The translations under genes were made by a program, and so were the position numbers. Positions 35,079 to 44,694 of a stretch of 64,000 bases of DNA are shown piece after piece (the stretch's first letter is position 1; each line of letters starts with the position of its first letter). The notes beneath the pieces were generated by a model. It did not search any database and had not been told where the DNA came from. It worked only from the letters and a program-made list of their open reading frames with translations. The DNA comes from an uncultured Caldithrix sp. (GTDB taxonomy: Bacteria > Electryoneota > AABM5-125-24 > Hatepunaeales > Hatepunaeaceae), in NCBI GenBank assembly GCA_964355675.1, contig CAYHEC010000014.1, positions 1,110 to 65,109 of the forward strand. Direction: 5' to 3'.

Positions 35079-36950
35079 TTGGGCGATTACGTCACACTGG
35101 GCGTCAATCCTTCCCGCGTATTGAAACGAAAAGAACTTGCTACTGATCTCGCTCACGTAACACATCGCAAGGCAAGTTACTACTTGTCTCGGTTAAATCG
35201 AAACGCTCAGTTTGTTGTGCTGGAACGGAAAGTATCCCTCCAATCAGCGGATAAACTGGACAATAAAGGCTGGAGTCTTGTTCGACAGCCCGACACGAAG
35301 CGTTATTATCCCCATCATCAAATAGCAAGTCAACTTATTGGATTTACCGATATTGATCAGAATGGATTGTCGGGTATCGAACTTTCTTGTGATCCGCTTC
35401 TGAGAGGTGAAGCAGGTTGGCGAGTAGTGCAACTCGATGTGCGAGGGCGATCCCACCTTGATGGAAGCCTTCCTTCTAAGCCTCCTATCGACGGTATCGA
35501 CGTAGCCCTTACAATCGATCTGGCTATGCAAACGATTGCAGGGGAAGAACTGGCGGCAACCTTCAAAGAGTCGAAAGCCGAGTCTGCCTCGGCGTTGATC
35601 CTTGACGTGAGGACGGGAGAGATACTTGCAATGGCAACCATCCCCGGCTACGATCCCAATGAACCGGATGAATCACCCCAGGAACGTCAGAAAGTACGCA
35701 TGGTCAACGATATGTATGAACCTGGAAGTACTTTCAAATTGGTAGGATCAGCGCTCTTGTTAGAGAAGGGGTGGGTAAAACCCACCAGTAGAGTCGATGT
35801 GAGCGCTGGAAGAATAACGGTCGCTAACCATGTTATCAATGATGCGCACAACCATGGTGTGATCGATTTCCGTGAGGTCGTATCTCTATCGTCAAACGTC
35901 GGTATGATAAAATTGACTCAAGACATCGCTCCTCAAGATCTTTATGATATGGTAGCTCGTTTTGGGTTTCTCAGTAAAACTGACATCGAAATCGAGGGTG
36001 AGGCTTCGGGGATACTCTCCAAACCGAAGAATTGGAATGGTCTTACGAAGGCAAATTTGGTAATCGGTCAGGGAATTGCGGTCACAGGCTTGCAGATGGC
36101 GATGGCTTATGGAGCTGTTGCCAATGATGGAGTACTGATGCAACCGACCCTGTTAAAGGGTCGGTATGCGGTTGATCGCACGCTTGTCGAAGAACCGCCT
36201 CTGGAGGTTAGACGGGTAATTTCGAGCGCAACAGCTCATACTTTGACCAGCTTTTTCGTCGATGTGGTGGAAAAGGGAACGGCGCAGCGAGCTAAAATTG
36301 AGGGCGTAAAAGTAGCGGGGAAAACCGGAACAGCGCAGAAAATCAAACCGGATGGAGGTTACTATAAAGATAGATTTGTCAGTAGCTTCATTGGGTATTT
36401 TCCAGCAGAAAATCCGAAATACCTGATCGAAGTAGTTCTGGATGATCCACGCGGCGATAATCATCAAGGCGGCCAGATTGCCGCCCCGGCATTTAAAAAA
36501 ATCGCCGAGAGAATTATTGGTCTTAATCCTCAATTGAGAAAGGGTGGGCGGAAACTGGGAAACGCCTCGAATAGCGCTGATTACGTAGTAGTTCCCGAAG
36601 TGAGAAATGGATCATTAGAGTCTGCTCTAAAGATTCTTGATAAAAAGGGACTTAGCTTTGGAAAGCATGGAACTGGAGAATTGGTCATCGATCAATCTCC
36701 TGTCAGTGGGGTGAAAGCGAAGAAGGGCGATATTGTTGAGCTTATCCTGGGACCATCCAAACGCAACCGTGGCAGTCAGGTAGTCGTCCCTTATTTAACC
36801 GGTTTATCGCTTAGGGAAGCGTTGCGAAAAGGTAGCGAAGCAGGCTTGATCGTTCAGATCAAAGGTTCCGGGCGGGTAGTAAGGCAGGCTCCAGCCTCCG
36901 GATCGCGCGCGGTGGTGGGTGACGTCTTGACATTGATAGCTGAGGGGTGA
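35079..36950 (+). CDS. ftsI: Peptidoglycan D,D-transpeptidase FtsI (class B PBP) with two PASTA repeats; true start lies upstream
   Basis: SxxK (GSTFK), SxN (SSN) and KTG (KTGTA) motifs, with two C-terminal PASTA-like repeats. The same frame is open back to 34779 and encodes the expected membrane anchor RRRLSLLTGLVLVGAFAVFIRLVWLQV and the RGTIFDRSG motif. That stretch contains no ATG, GTG or TTG. Confidence 0.9.
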   Translation: MGDYVTLGVNPSRVLKRKELATDLAHVTHRKASYYLSRLNRNAQFVVLERKVSLQSADKLDNKGWSLVRQPDTKRYYPHHQIASQLIGFTDIDQNGLSGIELSCDPLLRGEAGWRVVQLDVRGRSHLDGSLPSKPPIDGIDVALTIDLAMQTIAGEELAATFKESKAESASALILDVRTGEILAMATIPGYDPNEPDESPQERQKVRMVNDMYEPGSTFKLVGSALLLEKGWVKPTSRVDVSAGRITVANHVINDAHNHGVIDFREVVSLSSNVGMIKLTQDIAPQDLYDMVARFGFLSKTDIEIEGEASGILSKPKNWNGLTKANLVIGQGIAVTGLQMAMAYGAVANDGVLMQPTLLKGRYAVDRTLVEEPPLEVRRVISSATAHTLTSFFVDVVEKGTAQRAKIEGVKVAGKTGTAQKIKPDGGYYKDRFVSSFIGYFPAENPKYLIEVVLDDPRGDNHQGGQIAAPAFKKIAERIIGLNPQLRKGGRKLGNASNSADYVVVPEVRNGSLESALKILDKKGLSFGKHGTGELVIDQSPVSGVKAKKGDIVELILGPSKRNRGSQVVVPYLTGLSLREALRKGSEAGLIVQIKGSGRVVRQAPASGSRAVVGDVLTLIAEG

Positions 36951-36956
36951 CCTAAA

Positions 36957-38453
36957 GTGTCTGGAATTCCAACCATTGAGTTGATCGACAAACTCAGACC
37001 GCTATCAATTTCCGGGGACTTGCCTGCCGCAGTGACAGGAATTACTCAAGACTCCAGACGTGTAAGGAAAGGTTTTATCTTTGCCGCTCGGTTGGGAGGA
37101 AAAGCCGCTGGAATCGATTACCTGAATCAGGCGCGCAATAACGGTGCGGCGATGCTGATGATCGAAGGTGAAGCGCCAATCGACGCCAACATCCCATGGA
37201 TAAAAGTCGATCGATTCCGTTCGGCGCTTGTAACGGCATCAAAAGAAATCTACAGAGATCCATCGAAAAGGCTTGGACTGTACGGGGTCACTGGAACCAA
37301 CGGAAAAACTTCAACGGTTCATCTACTTAGATCGATTTATGAATCTGCGGGCGCAAAGTGTGCGATGCTCTCGACGGTTGGTTACTGGACCGGGGAAGAA
37401 ACTCAAGAAGCGCCCCTGACAACCCCTGATATCGATCAGTCAAGCTCACTTCTTTATGAAGCGGCGAGTACTGGAGCTTTATACGCGACTATGGAAGTAT
37501 CTTCGCATGCTCTTGATCAAGGAAGAGTTAGGGGACTGACATTTGCTGGAGCCGGGTTCACAAATCTCAGCGTCGATCATCTCGACTATCATGGAAATCT
37601 GATCGAATACTCAATTGCCAAGGAACGCCTATTTCGGTCTCTACCGCTCACCTCATCGGCCGCTGTCAATATCGACAGCAGTTGGGGTTGCAGGATGGTA
37701 AGGGCATGTTGGAGTCCAGTGATAACGGTTGGCGGCGGAGATTCGGGCGCGGAATTGCGAGTAAGTTTGATCAATCATTCTGTTACCGGTGGAACCTACC
37801 AAATCGAATGGAACGAAAAGAAATTCGAAATAGAAACGCCGCTTGTCGGCGTTTATCAGGGAGAGAATATAGCGCTCGCCGCGGCAATGGCTTTTACCCA
37901 AGGTATCGACATCGCAACGGTTGTTAGGGGAATTTCGCGGCTTAAAGCTGTTCCGGGTAGAATGGAAGCGGTGACTTGCGGGCAACCATTTTCAGTTTTC
38001 GTCGATTATGCTCATACTCCTGATGCACTCAGGAAGGCAATCACATCCTTGAGACACTTAACCAGTGGTAAAATATTGGTGTTGTTTGGTTGCGGAGGAG
38101 ATCGCGACAGGTCAAAACGACCACAAATGGGGAAGATAGCCGCTGAGGGTGCTGATCGAGTTTTTATTACCAGCGACAACCCCAGAACCGAAGAACCGAC
38201 TGCGATAACATCAGAAATTTTCAATGGAGTAGAAGCGGTTCATGCTCCCAAAGTAACAATTATTGTCGATCGAGGTGAAGCAACTCTCGCCATTATTAAG
38301 GCGGCAAAAGCAGGGGATATCGTCCTGCTGGCTGGGAAGGGTTCTGAATGGTATCAAGAGGTTAATGGCGTGCGTCAAGCTTATGATGATCGTTTGATTG
38401 CCTCGGAAGTCCTGTGGCAACTTGGCTATAAAGAAGGGGACAAGCGATCATGA
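36957..38453 (+). CDS. murE: UDP-N-acetylmuramoyl-L-alanyl-D-glutamate--2,6-diaminopimelate ligase
   Basis: GVTGTNGKTS P-loop and a DNPR motif (meso-DAP-type specificity). GTG start. Confidence 0.95.
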   Translation: MSGIPTIELIDKLRPLSISGDLPAAVTGITQDSRRVRKGFIFAARLGGKAAGIDYLNQARNNGAAMLMIEGEAPIDANIPWIKVDRFRSALVTASKEIYRDPSKRLGLYGVTGTNGKTSTVHLLRSIYESAGAKCAMLSTVGYWTGEETQEAPLTTPDIDQSSSLLYEAASTGALYATMEVSSHALDQGRVRGLTFAGAGFTNLSVDHLDYHGNLIEYSIAKERLFRSLPLTSSAAVNIDSSWGCRMVRACWSPVITVGGGDSGAELRVSLINHSVTGGTYQIEWNEKKFEIETPLVGVYQGENIALAAAMAFTQGIDIATVVRGISRLKAVPGRMEAVTCGQPFSVFVDYAHTPDALRKAITSLRHLTSGKILVLFGCGGDRDRSKRPQMGKIAAEGADRVFITSDNPRTEEPTAITSEIFNGVEAVHAPKVTIIVDRGEATLAIIKAAKAGDIVLLAGKGSEWYQEVNGVRQAYDDRLIASEVLWQLGYKEGDKRS

Positions 38454-39580
38454 TGTACCATCTTCTGGTCCCGTTAAGCGATTTGATTTCAGGATTTAAT
38501 TTATTCAGATACATTACTTTTCGAGCCGGATTGGCGGCGGTTACAGCTTTGTTGGTTTCGTTCTTTGTTGGGCCATTTATCGTCAGGAAGTTGAATCGAA
38601 TGGGTGCGGTCGAGGAGATTCGCACAGATGGCCCCCAGACCCATCTAATCAAAGCCGGAACGCCGACGATGGGTGGTATCATCATCCTGACGTCTCTGTT
38701 GACAGGAACACTTTTATTCGCACGTTTGGATCTTCCGCATATCTGGGTGGTAGTTGGGGCGACCATCTGGATGGGGGTTGTCGGATTTATTGATGACTGG
38801 CTTAAGGCTCGCACCAATAAGAAGGGACTGGTTCCGCGATATAAACTTGCCGGACAACTGAGCTTGGGTCTGATTATAGGAAGTCTGATCCTCTATTACC
38901 CAGAGATGTTTTCGCAACAGATGGCCAATCATAGTACGGAATCGACTCTTCCATTTTTGAAGAACAGCCAGCTTGAATGGGCATTCTTCGGCATCGGATT
39001 ATTCTTTGTTTTGCTGGTAATGCTTATGGTAACGGGTTTTAGTAACGCGGTTAACCTGACCGACGGTCTGGATGGGCTGGCGATTGGTATCGTAGGCATT
39101 ATCGCAGTTGGATTAGGAATCATCGCCTATATCACCGGTCATGCTATCTACAGCAGTTATCTCAACATAATTTATCTTCCAGGCTCGGGGGAGATTGCCG
39201 TGTACTGCGCGGCGTTGGTGGGTGCGGCGCTGGGATTTTTATGGGTAAATGCTCATCCGGCGCAGGTAATTATGGGTGATACCGGCGCATTGGCTCTTGG
39301 TGCGGGGCTGGCAACGGTGGCTATTCTAATAAAGAAAGAGTTGTTTCTACTGATGCTGGGCGGGATTCCCGTGGCCGAAGTTGCATCGGTAATGATCCAA
39401 CGTTATTACTTCAAATATACTCGAATGCGGTTTGGTGAAGGCAGGCGAGTGTTCCGCATGGCTCCGCTTCATCATCATTTCGAACTTAAGGGATGGCCAG
39501 AATCACAGGTAGTTGTCAGATTTTGGATCATTGGTATTCTATTGCTGTTTCTAACTATGACAACATTTAAGGTGCGCTGA
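38450..39580 (+). CDS. mraY: Phospho-N-acetylmuramoyl-pentapeptide-transferase
   Basis: Polytopic membrane protein with NAVNLTDGLDGLA and MGDTGALALG motifs. Overlaps the murE stop by 4 nt. Confidence 0.96.
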   Translation: MMYHLLVPLSDLISGFNLFRYITFRAGLAAVTALLVSFFVGPFIVRKLNRMGAVEEIRTDGPQTHLIKAGTPTMGGIIILTSLLTGTLLFARLDLPHIWVVVGATIWMGVVGFIDDWLKARTNKKGLVPRYKLAGQLSLGLIIGSLILYYPEMFSQQMANHSTESTLPFLKNSQLEWAFFGIGLFFVLLVMLMVTGFSNAVNLTDGLDGLAIGIVGIIAVGLGIIAYITGHAIYSSYLNIIYLPGSGEIAVYCAALVGAALGFLWVNAHPAQVIMGDTGALALGAGLATVAILIKKELFLLMLGGIPVAEVASVMIQRYYFKYTRMRFGEGRRVFRMAPLHHHFELKGWPESQVVVRFWIIGILLLFLTMTTFKVR

Positions 39581-40923
39581 TGAATTCCCGGCGTGCTCAT
39601 GTATTTGGTTTAGGAGTAACCGGACATGCGGTAGTCGATTGGCTTCTGAGGAATGGCTGGATGGTTATCGTCTCAGACGATATGGTTTCTGAAAGGTTAG
39701 AAATCTTAGCCGGCGAATTGAAAGGATTTGGCGCAGAAGTTTTATTGGGAGGCCATCGGGGAGCGCTTCATAGACCGGTCGATTTAGTTGTTCTCAGTCC
39801 TGGCATTTCACCAGCTACTCCGGCGGTACAAGAGCGCATCAGACAGGGTGCTGAAGTGATCGGTGAGATCGAGTTGGGCTGGAGAAATTCACGAGGAACA
39901 TTTGCCGCAATAACGGGGGCTAATGGAAAATCAACGACAACGGCTCTTCTGGGAGAGATATTTCAACAGAGTGGCCGACAGTCATTTACGGTTGGGAATA
40001 TTGGCAAGCCATTGATCGAGATTGCAGAAAGCACAAATGACAACAGTTTGATTTCCTTGGAAGTATCGAGTTATCAACTTGAGACGATTATCAATTTCCG
40101 GCCACAGGTTGCGGCACTTCTAAACATCACTCCCGATCATCTTGAGCGACATGGCAGTTTCGAAGGATACAGCCGTGCGAAATCGAAGATCTGGCAGAAT
40201 CAAACCGAATCAGACTGGCTGGTTTTCAACGCTGACGACCCAACTGTAGTTAAGCTGACGCAGACTGCAAGGTCGGGGAAGGCGCCATTTTCATTAGAAG
40301 GACCCTTAACGTTTGGTGGGTGGATCGAACGGGATGAGTTTGTCTTCAAGCTTTCAGGGCAAGAAATATTCAGGCTGTCGCATGATCTTTCCTCATTGCC
40401 GGGACGCCATAATGAAGCCAATATTCTCGCGGCAGTTTTGATGGCGAAGTTATGTGGAGTGTCAAACGACGCGGTCGCCGAAGGAATAAAGTCGTTTAAA
40501 GGATTAGCACACCGTCTTGAGTTTATCAGGGAGTTGGACGGAGTGACTTATATAAATGACAGCAAAGCGACCAACATCGATGCCGGAAGATGGGCGCTTG
40601 AAGCCACGAAAGCTCCGGTGATACTTCTTGCTGGCGGTCGCCCTAAAAAGGGTGGTTTCAAAGAGATACGCAAATCAATTTCTGGTAAAGTTAAAATAAT
40701 AGTGACGTTTGGGGAGGGAGCCTCTGAAATTGAGCATGATCTGAGTGATCTGGTTGAAACAAAGCAGGCAGAGGATATTGCTTCTGCATTGGCAGTTGCC
40801 CGGCAGAACTCTAACAGGGGCGATACGATATTGTTGTCGCCGCTTTGCGCATCCTTCGATCAGTTCAAGAGTTTCGAACATCGTGGTGATGTCTTTCGAC
40901 AGCTTGTCTGGGACTTGAAATGA
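39580..40923 (+). CDS. murD: UDP-N-acetylmuramoylalanine--D-glutamate ligase
   Basis: N-terminal Rossmann motif GLGVTG and Mur ligase P-loop GANGKSTT. 1-nt overlap with mraY. Confidence 0.95.
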   Translation: MNSRRAHVFGLGVTGHAVVDWLLRNGWMVIVSDDMVSERLEILAGELKGFGAEVLLGGHRGALHRPVDLVVLSPGISPATPAVQERIRQGAEVIGEIELGWRNSRGTFAAITGANGKSTTTALLGEIFQQSGRQSFTVGNIGKPLIEIAESTNDNSLISLEVSSYQLETIINFRPQVAALLNITPDHLERHGSFEGYSRAKSKIWQNQTESDWLVFNADDPTVVKLTQTARSGKAPFSLEGPLTFGGWIERDEFVFKLSGQEIFRLSHDLSSLPGRHNEANILAAVLMAKLCGVSNDAVAEGIKSFKGLAHRLEFIRELDGVTYINDSKATNIDAGRWALEATKAPVILLAGGRPKKGGFKEIRKSISGKVKIIVTFGEGASEIEHDLSDLVETKQAEDIASALAVARQNSNRGDTILLSPLCASFDQFKSFEHRGDVFRQLVWDLK

Positions 40924-42095
40924 GAATGTTCTTAAAACGAAACAATGAAATTACGCCTCTTTATGGATGGAAGGGAAATCCGCGTGAGACAACGGTTCCG
41001 GGCGATCGGGCTCTGTGGTTACTTCCAACTTTTCTAACGTTCTTTGGTTTGGTAATGGTCTATTCGGCAACATTTTATGTTTCTGAAGAAAGACATGCTT
41101 CTGACTGGTACTATTTGGTCAGGCAGACCGGGTTGGTCATTTTGGGCTTCACGGCATTATTCGGTGGAATGATGATCGATGTGCATACGTATCGAAAGTA
41201 TGCTAAAATTGCTATACTTGGCGTAATTATGCTGATGATTTTGCAGTCTGCATTTGCGCCTCTGGTCAAAGCGACTCGGCGTTGGATACCGTTTTTAGGA
41301 TTGACCCTGCAAACTTCGGAATTGGCAAGAATTATTGTCATCATTTTTATAGCCAGATTGCTCTCTGATGACGTCACGTTAGGGCATAGAATAAATGTTC
41401 GATTGATGAAGACACTCATACCGGTTGGGATGGTGGTGGGGCTGACATTTCTGCAGAGAGATCTATCCGGTGCGGCGATGATTGCCGCTTTGGTAGCGCT
41501 GGTGCTCTTTCTTGCAGGGCTCGAAAAGAAACAGTTCTGGGCTATTACGGGTGGTGTAATAGCAGTGACTTTGACAGCGGCGATGATACTCGATTACACT
41601 CGAAAGCGTATCATTGGATTTGTTAATTTTTTCCTCAATTTCGACGCTTCCTCAATCTCAGACGAAAATTACCAAAGTTTTCAGTCGATGATCGGATTTG
41701 GGCGGGGCGGAATATTTGGGGCAGGGCTGGGGCAGGGAAAACAAAAAATGGCATTTCTGCCGGAGCTTCACACCGATTTCATATTTTCGAATGTCGGAGA
41801 AGAGTTAGGTCTTTGGGGCGCGGTTGCTGTACTTATTGCATTTGTAATACTATACCTAAAATCATTGAATATACTTAAACTGCAAACGGATCGATTTTGT
41901 TTCTTATTCGGAAGTGGTTTGATTGCGTCACTGCTCATGTTCGCGCTCGTACACATGGCGGTGACCGTAGGAATTATTCCTGTTACGGGGCTGCCGCTGC
42001 CCTTCATCAGTAACGGGGGATCATCGCTGATTATTTCGCTGTGGAGTATGGGAGTGCTGTGGCAGCTTTCGCGGCGTGTAGCCTCCTTTGAGTAA
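40920..42095 (+). CDS. ftsW: Peptidoglycan glycosyltransferase FtsW (SEDS family)
   Basis: 391 aa with about 10 TM helices. FtsW/RodA pattern (FLPELHTDFIFS, PLPFISNGGSS). Confidence 0.93.
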   Translation: MRMFLKRNNEITPLYGWKGNPRETTVPGDRALWLLPTFLTFFGLVMVYSATFYVSEERHASDWYYLVRQTGLVILGFTALFGGMMIDVHTYRKYAKIAILGVIMLMILQSAFAPLVKATRRWIPFLGLTLQTSELARIIVIIFIARLLSDDVTLGHRINVRLMKTLIPVGMVVGLTFLQRDLSGAAMIAALVALVLFLAGLEKKQFWAITGGVIAVTLTAAMILDYTRKRIIGFVNFFLNFDASSISDENYQSFQSMIGFGRGGIFGAGLGQGKQKMAFLPELHTDFIFSNVGEELGLWGAVAVLIAFVILYLKSLNILKLQTDRFCFLFGSGLIASLLMFALVHMAVTVGIIPVTGLPLPFISNGGSSLIISLWSMGVLWQLSRRVASFE

Positions 42096-43194
42096 GGATT
42101 TTACTGTTGCGCTGTGTGGAGGGGGTACTGGCGGACATGTCATGCCGGCGCTGGCAGTCGGACGAGAAATTCTAAAACAGGCGCCGAATGCAAGGCTTAT
42201 CTACATCGGTAACCGCGAAAGTCTTGAGGAGAGACAAGCAAAATTGGCAGGAATTGATTTTTATCCTGTCTCGATCAAGCCTCTCCGTCGTGGGGTAGTG
42301 TTTCCAAATATAAAAGTGCCTGTGCTGGCGGTGTTATCGATAATTGAAGCGCGTAAAATTCTGAAAAAAAATAATGTAAAAATTGTCTTTGGAAGCGGTG
42401 GATTTTCCTCCTGGCCAGCATGTGCCGCGGCGAGATTTGGAGGGGTGCCCTATTTTCTGACAGATGGTAATGCTTATCCGGGGCTGGTGACAAGGCTTTT
42501 GGGCAGGAATGCTACTCGTATCTATGTCACCTTCGAAGAGACAAAATCTTACTTCAGAAATAATTCGGGGAATTTTCTATTGACGGGATTTCCAGTATCA
42601 GACGCTTTGGGCAAGCTTTCCAAAGAAGATGCACGGATTAGCCTCGGTCTCGACCCAGATAGAATTACCATCCTGACAACCGGTGGAAGTGGAGGGGCTC
42701 GCACGATCAACCAAGCGCTTGCACAGACAAAAGATCGACTTCTCGAAAAGGGTTATAACCTGATTTGGCAGACAGGCAAATTGTGGGACGTCGAAAAGGA
42801 AGTATCAACGGGAATGACGGGAAGGTTAATGATCGAAAAATTTCTCGATCCGGCTCGAATGGCAGTGGCAATCTCAGCCGCCGATCTGGCGATCACTCGT
42901 TGTGGGATCATGACTCTCTCGGAATTAGCTGTTGCGGGTCTTCCGGCAATACTTGTTCCCTTTCCTTACTCGGCAGAGGGACATCAGGAAGCAAATGCTC
43001 TTGCGGTTGAGGGTGGCGGAGGCGGAACTATGATCAGAGACAACGAATTAACATCCGAAAAGTTATTGCAAATAATAGCAGATTCATTAGTGACGTGTCG
43101 ATTGAAATCAATGGCAGAGGGTATAAGGAAGTTTGCCAAGCCAGATGCGACAAGACGAATTGTGACAGATATGCTCGAGACGATAAATGCTTGA
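42088..43194 (+). CDS. murG: Undecaprenyldiphospho-muramoylpentapeptide beta-N-acetylglucosaminyltransferase
   Basis: G-loop GGGTGGHV, C-terminal GT-B region ITRCGIMTLSELAVAGLPAILVPFPYSAEGHQEANA. Confidence 0.95.
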   Translation: MSKDFTVALCGGGTGGHVMPALAVGREILKQAPNARLIYIGNRESLEERQAKLAGIDFYPVSIKPLRRGVVFPNIKVPVLAVLSIIEARKILKKNNVKIVFGSGGFSSWPACAAARFGGVPYFLTDGNAYPGLVTRLLGRNATRIYVTFEETKSYFRNNSGNFLLTGFPVSDALGKLSKEDARISLGLDPDRITILTTGGSGGARTINQALAQTKDRLLEKGYNLIWQTGKLWDVEKEVSTGMTGRLMIEKFLDPARMAVAISAADLAITRCGIMTLSELAVAGLPAILVPFPYSAEGHQEANALAVEGGGGGTMIRDNELTSEKLLQIIADSLVTCRLKSMAEGIRKFAKPDATRRIVTDMLETINA

Positions 43195-44572
43195 TGTACT
43201 CCTCAAACGATTTCGGCGCATCCACATGGTAGGAATCGGCGGTTCAGGGATGTCAGGAATTGCTGAAGTGTTGATCGGAACCGGTTTCCGAGTGACAGGG
43301 AGTGATCAGAGCGAATCGGATTTGACCCGTCGATTGCAGAATTTGGGGGCCGAAGTATATATCGGCCACAGCGCTAATTACGTTGGGGACGCCGAAGCGG
43401 TTGTTTATTCCAGCGCCATCAAACAGGATCATGTGGAGCTTGTAGCGGCGCGAATAAATAAGATACCGTTGATCCCCAGAGCCGAAATGCTGGCGGAATT
43501 GATGCGGATGAAAGCCGGAGTGGCAATCTCTGGGACTCACGGTAAAACGACGACAACATCACTGACTGGAGCCGTGTTGACGGCGGGGAACCTTGATCCG
43601 ACAGTGATTGTGGGTGGGAGGTTGAGACGGTTAGATGATGGCGTCAGGCGTGGCGCAGGCGAGATTTTGGTGGCAGAAGCAGATGAGTTTGATCAATCAT
43701 TTCTAAGGTTAGCTCCTACGTTGGTAGTGATTACCAATATCGATGAAGACCATATCGAGTGTTACGGCAGTTTTGAGGCGCTGGAAGAAGCCTTTATCAG
43801 TTTTGGAAATTCGGTACCGTTTTATGGAAGGGCTATCGTCTGTCTCGATGAGCCTTCCATTCAGAAAGTTTTACCTCGCTTCAATCGTTCAGTACTGACT
43901 TATGGGCTGTCGCCGCAGGCTGATGTGCGCGGCAGTGAAGTCTCCTTCAAGCGGATGGAGACAGTGTTCACAGTATCAGCTAACGGCGGAAAATTAGGTG
44001 AGATTGTCTTGCCCTTGCCGGGTCGTCACAACGTGTTGAATGCTCTCGCATCGATAGCAGTAGCGCTGGAATTAGGCGTTGCTTTTGAGAATATAAAATC
44101 GGCTCTCGAGCAATTCGAAGGAGTCCACCGTAGATTCGAGATTATGGGTGAAATCAACGGCGTCATGGTTGTAGATGATTTTGCCCATCATCCGGCGGAA
44201 ATCGCCGCTACTCTCGCCGCGGCTAAAGCGGGGTGGAATAGGCCTCTGGTAGCGATTTTTCAACCCCATCTGTTCAGCCGTACGCAGAGCCTTGCCAAGG
44301 AATTCGGGAGAGCTTTATTGGCGGCCGAAACGGCGATAATTCTTCCGATTTATCCAGCCCGGGAATCACCGATCGAAGGTGTTACCAATGAGTTGATTGT
44401 TGATGCGGCGCGGGAATTGGGGCACAAGCATGTTATCGGACTTGATGATCGAAGTAAAGTGATTGAGGTCGTTCGCGCGATCATCCAGCCCGGGGATATA
44501 TTACTCACGATCGGAGCTGGAGATGTTTATAAGCTCGCTCCGATGATAATCGAAGGGCTGTCTGGTAGGTAG
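43187..44572 (+). CDS. murC: UDP-N-acetylmuramate--L-alanine ligase
   Basis: GIGGSGMSGIAEVL and GTHGKTTTTS motifs. The TAG stop lies inside a GTAG repeat head. Confidence 0.96.
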   Translation: MLDVLLKRFRRIHMVGIGGSGMSGIAEVLIGTGFRVTGSDQSESDLTRRLQNLGAEVYIGHSANYVGDAEAVVYSSAIKQDHVELVAARINKIPLIPRAEMLAELMRMKAGVAISGTHGKTTTTSLTGAVLTAGNLDPTVIVGGRLRRLDDGVRRGAGEILVAEADEFDQSFLRLAPTLVVITNIDEDHIECYGSFEALEEAFISFGNSVPFYGRAIVCLDEPSIQKVLPRFNRSVLTYGLSPQADVRGSEVSFKRMETVFTVSANGGKLGEIVLPLPGRHNVLNALASIAVALELGVAFENIKSALEQFEGVHRRFEIMGEINGVMVVDDFAHHPAEIAATLAAAKAGWNRPLVAIFQPHLFSRTQSLAKEFGRALLAAETAIILPIYPARESPIEGVTNELIVDAARELGHKHVIGLDDRSKVIEVVRAIIQPGDILLTIGAGDVYKLAPMIIEGLSGR

Positions 44573-44573
44573 A

Positions 44574-44692
44574 GCCGATTCAAATCGGCGGTATTAACGA
44601 AGAAGAATTCAGCACTGCCGATTCAAATCGGTGGTACTAACGAAGAAGAATTCAGTACTGCCGATTTAAATCGGCAGTACTAACGAAGAAAA
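44574..44692 (+). repeat. 43-bp tandem repeat (2.8 copies) filling the murC-murB gap
   Basis: The unit GCCGATTCAAATCGGCGGTATTAACGAAGAAGAATTCAGCACT occurs at 44574, 44617 and 44660. The last copy forms a 28-nt perfect palindrome AGTACTGCCGATTTAAATCGGCAGTACT. Confidence 0.92.
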
Positions 44693-44694
44693 CA

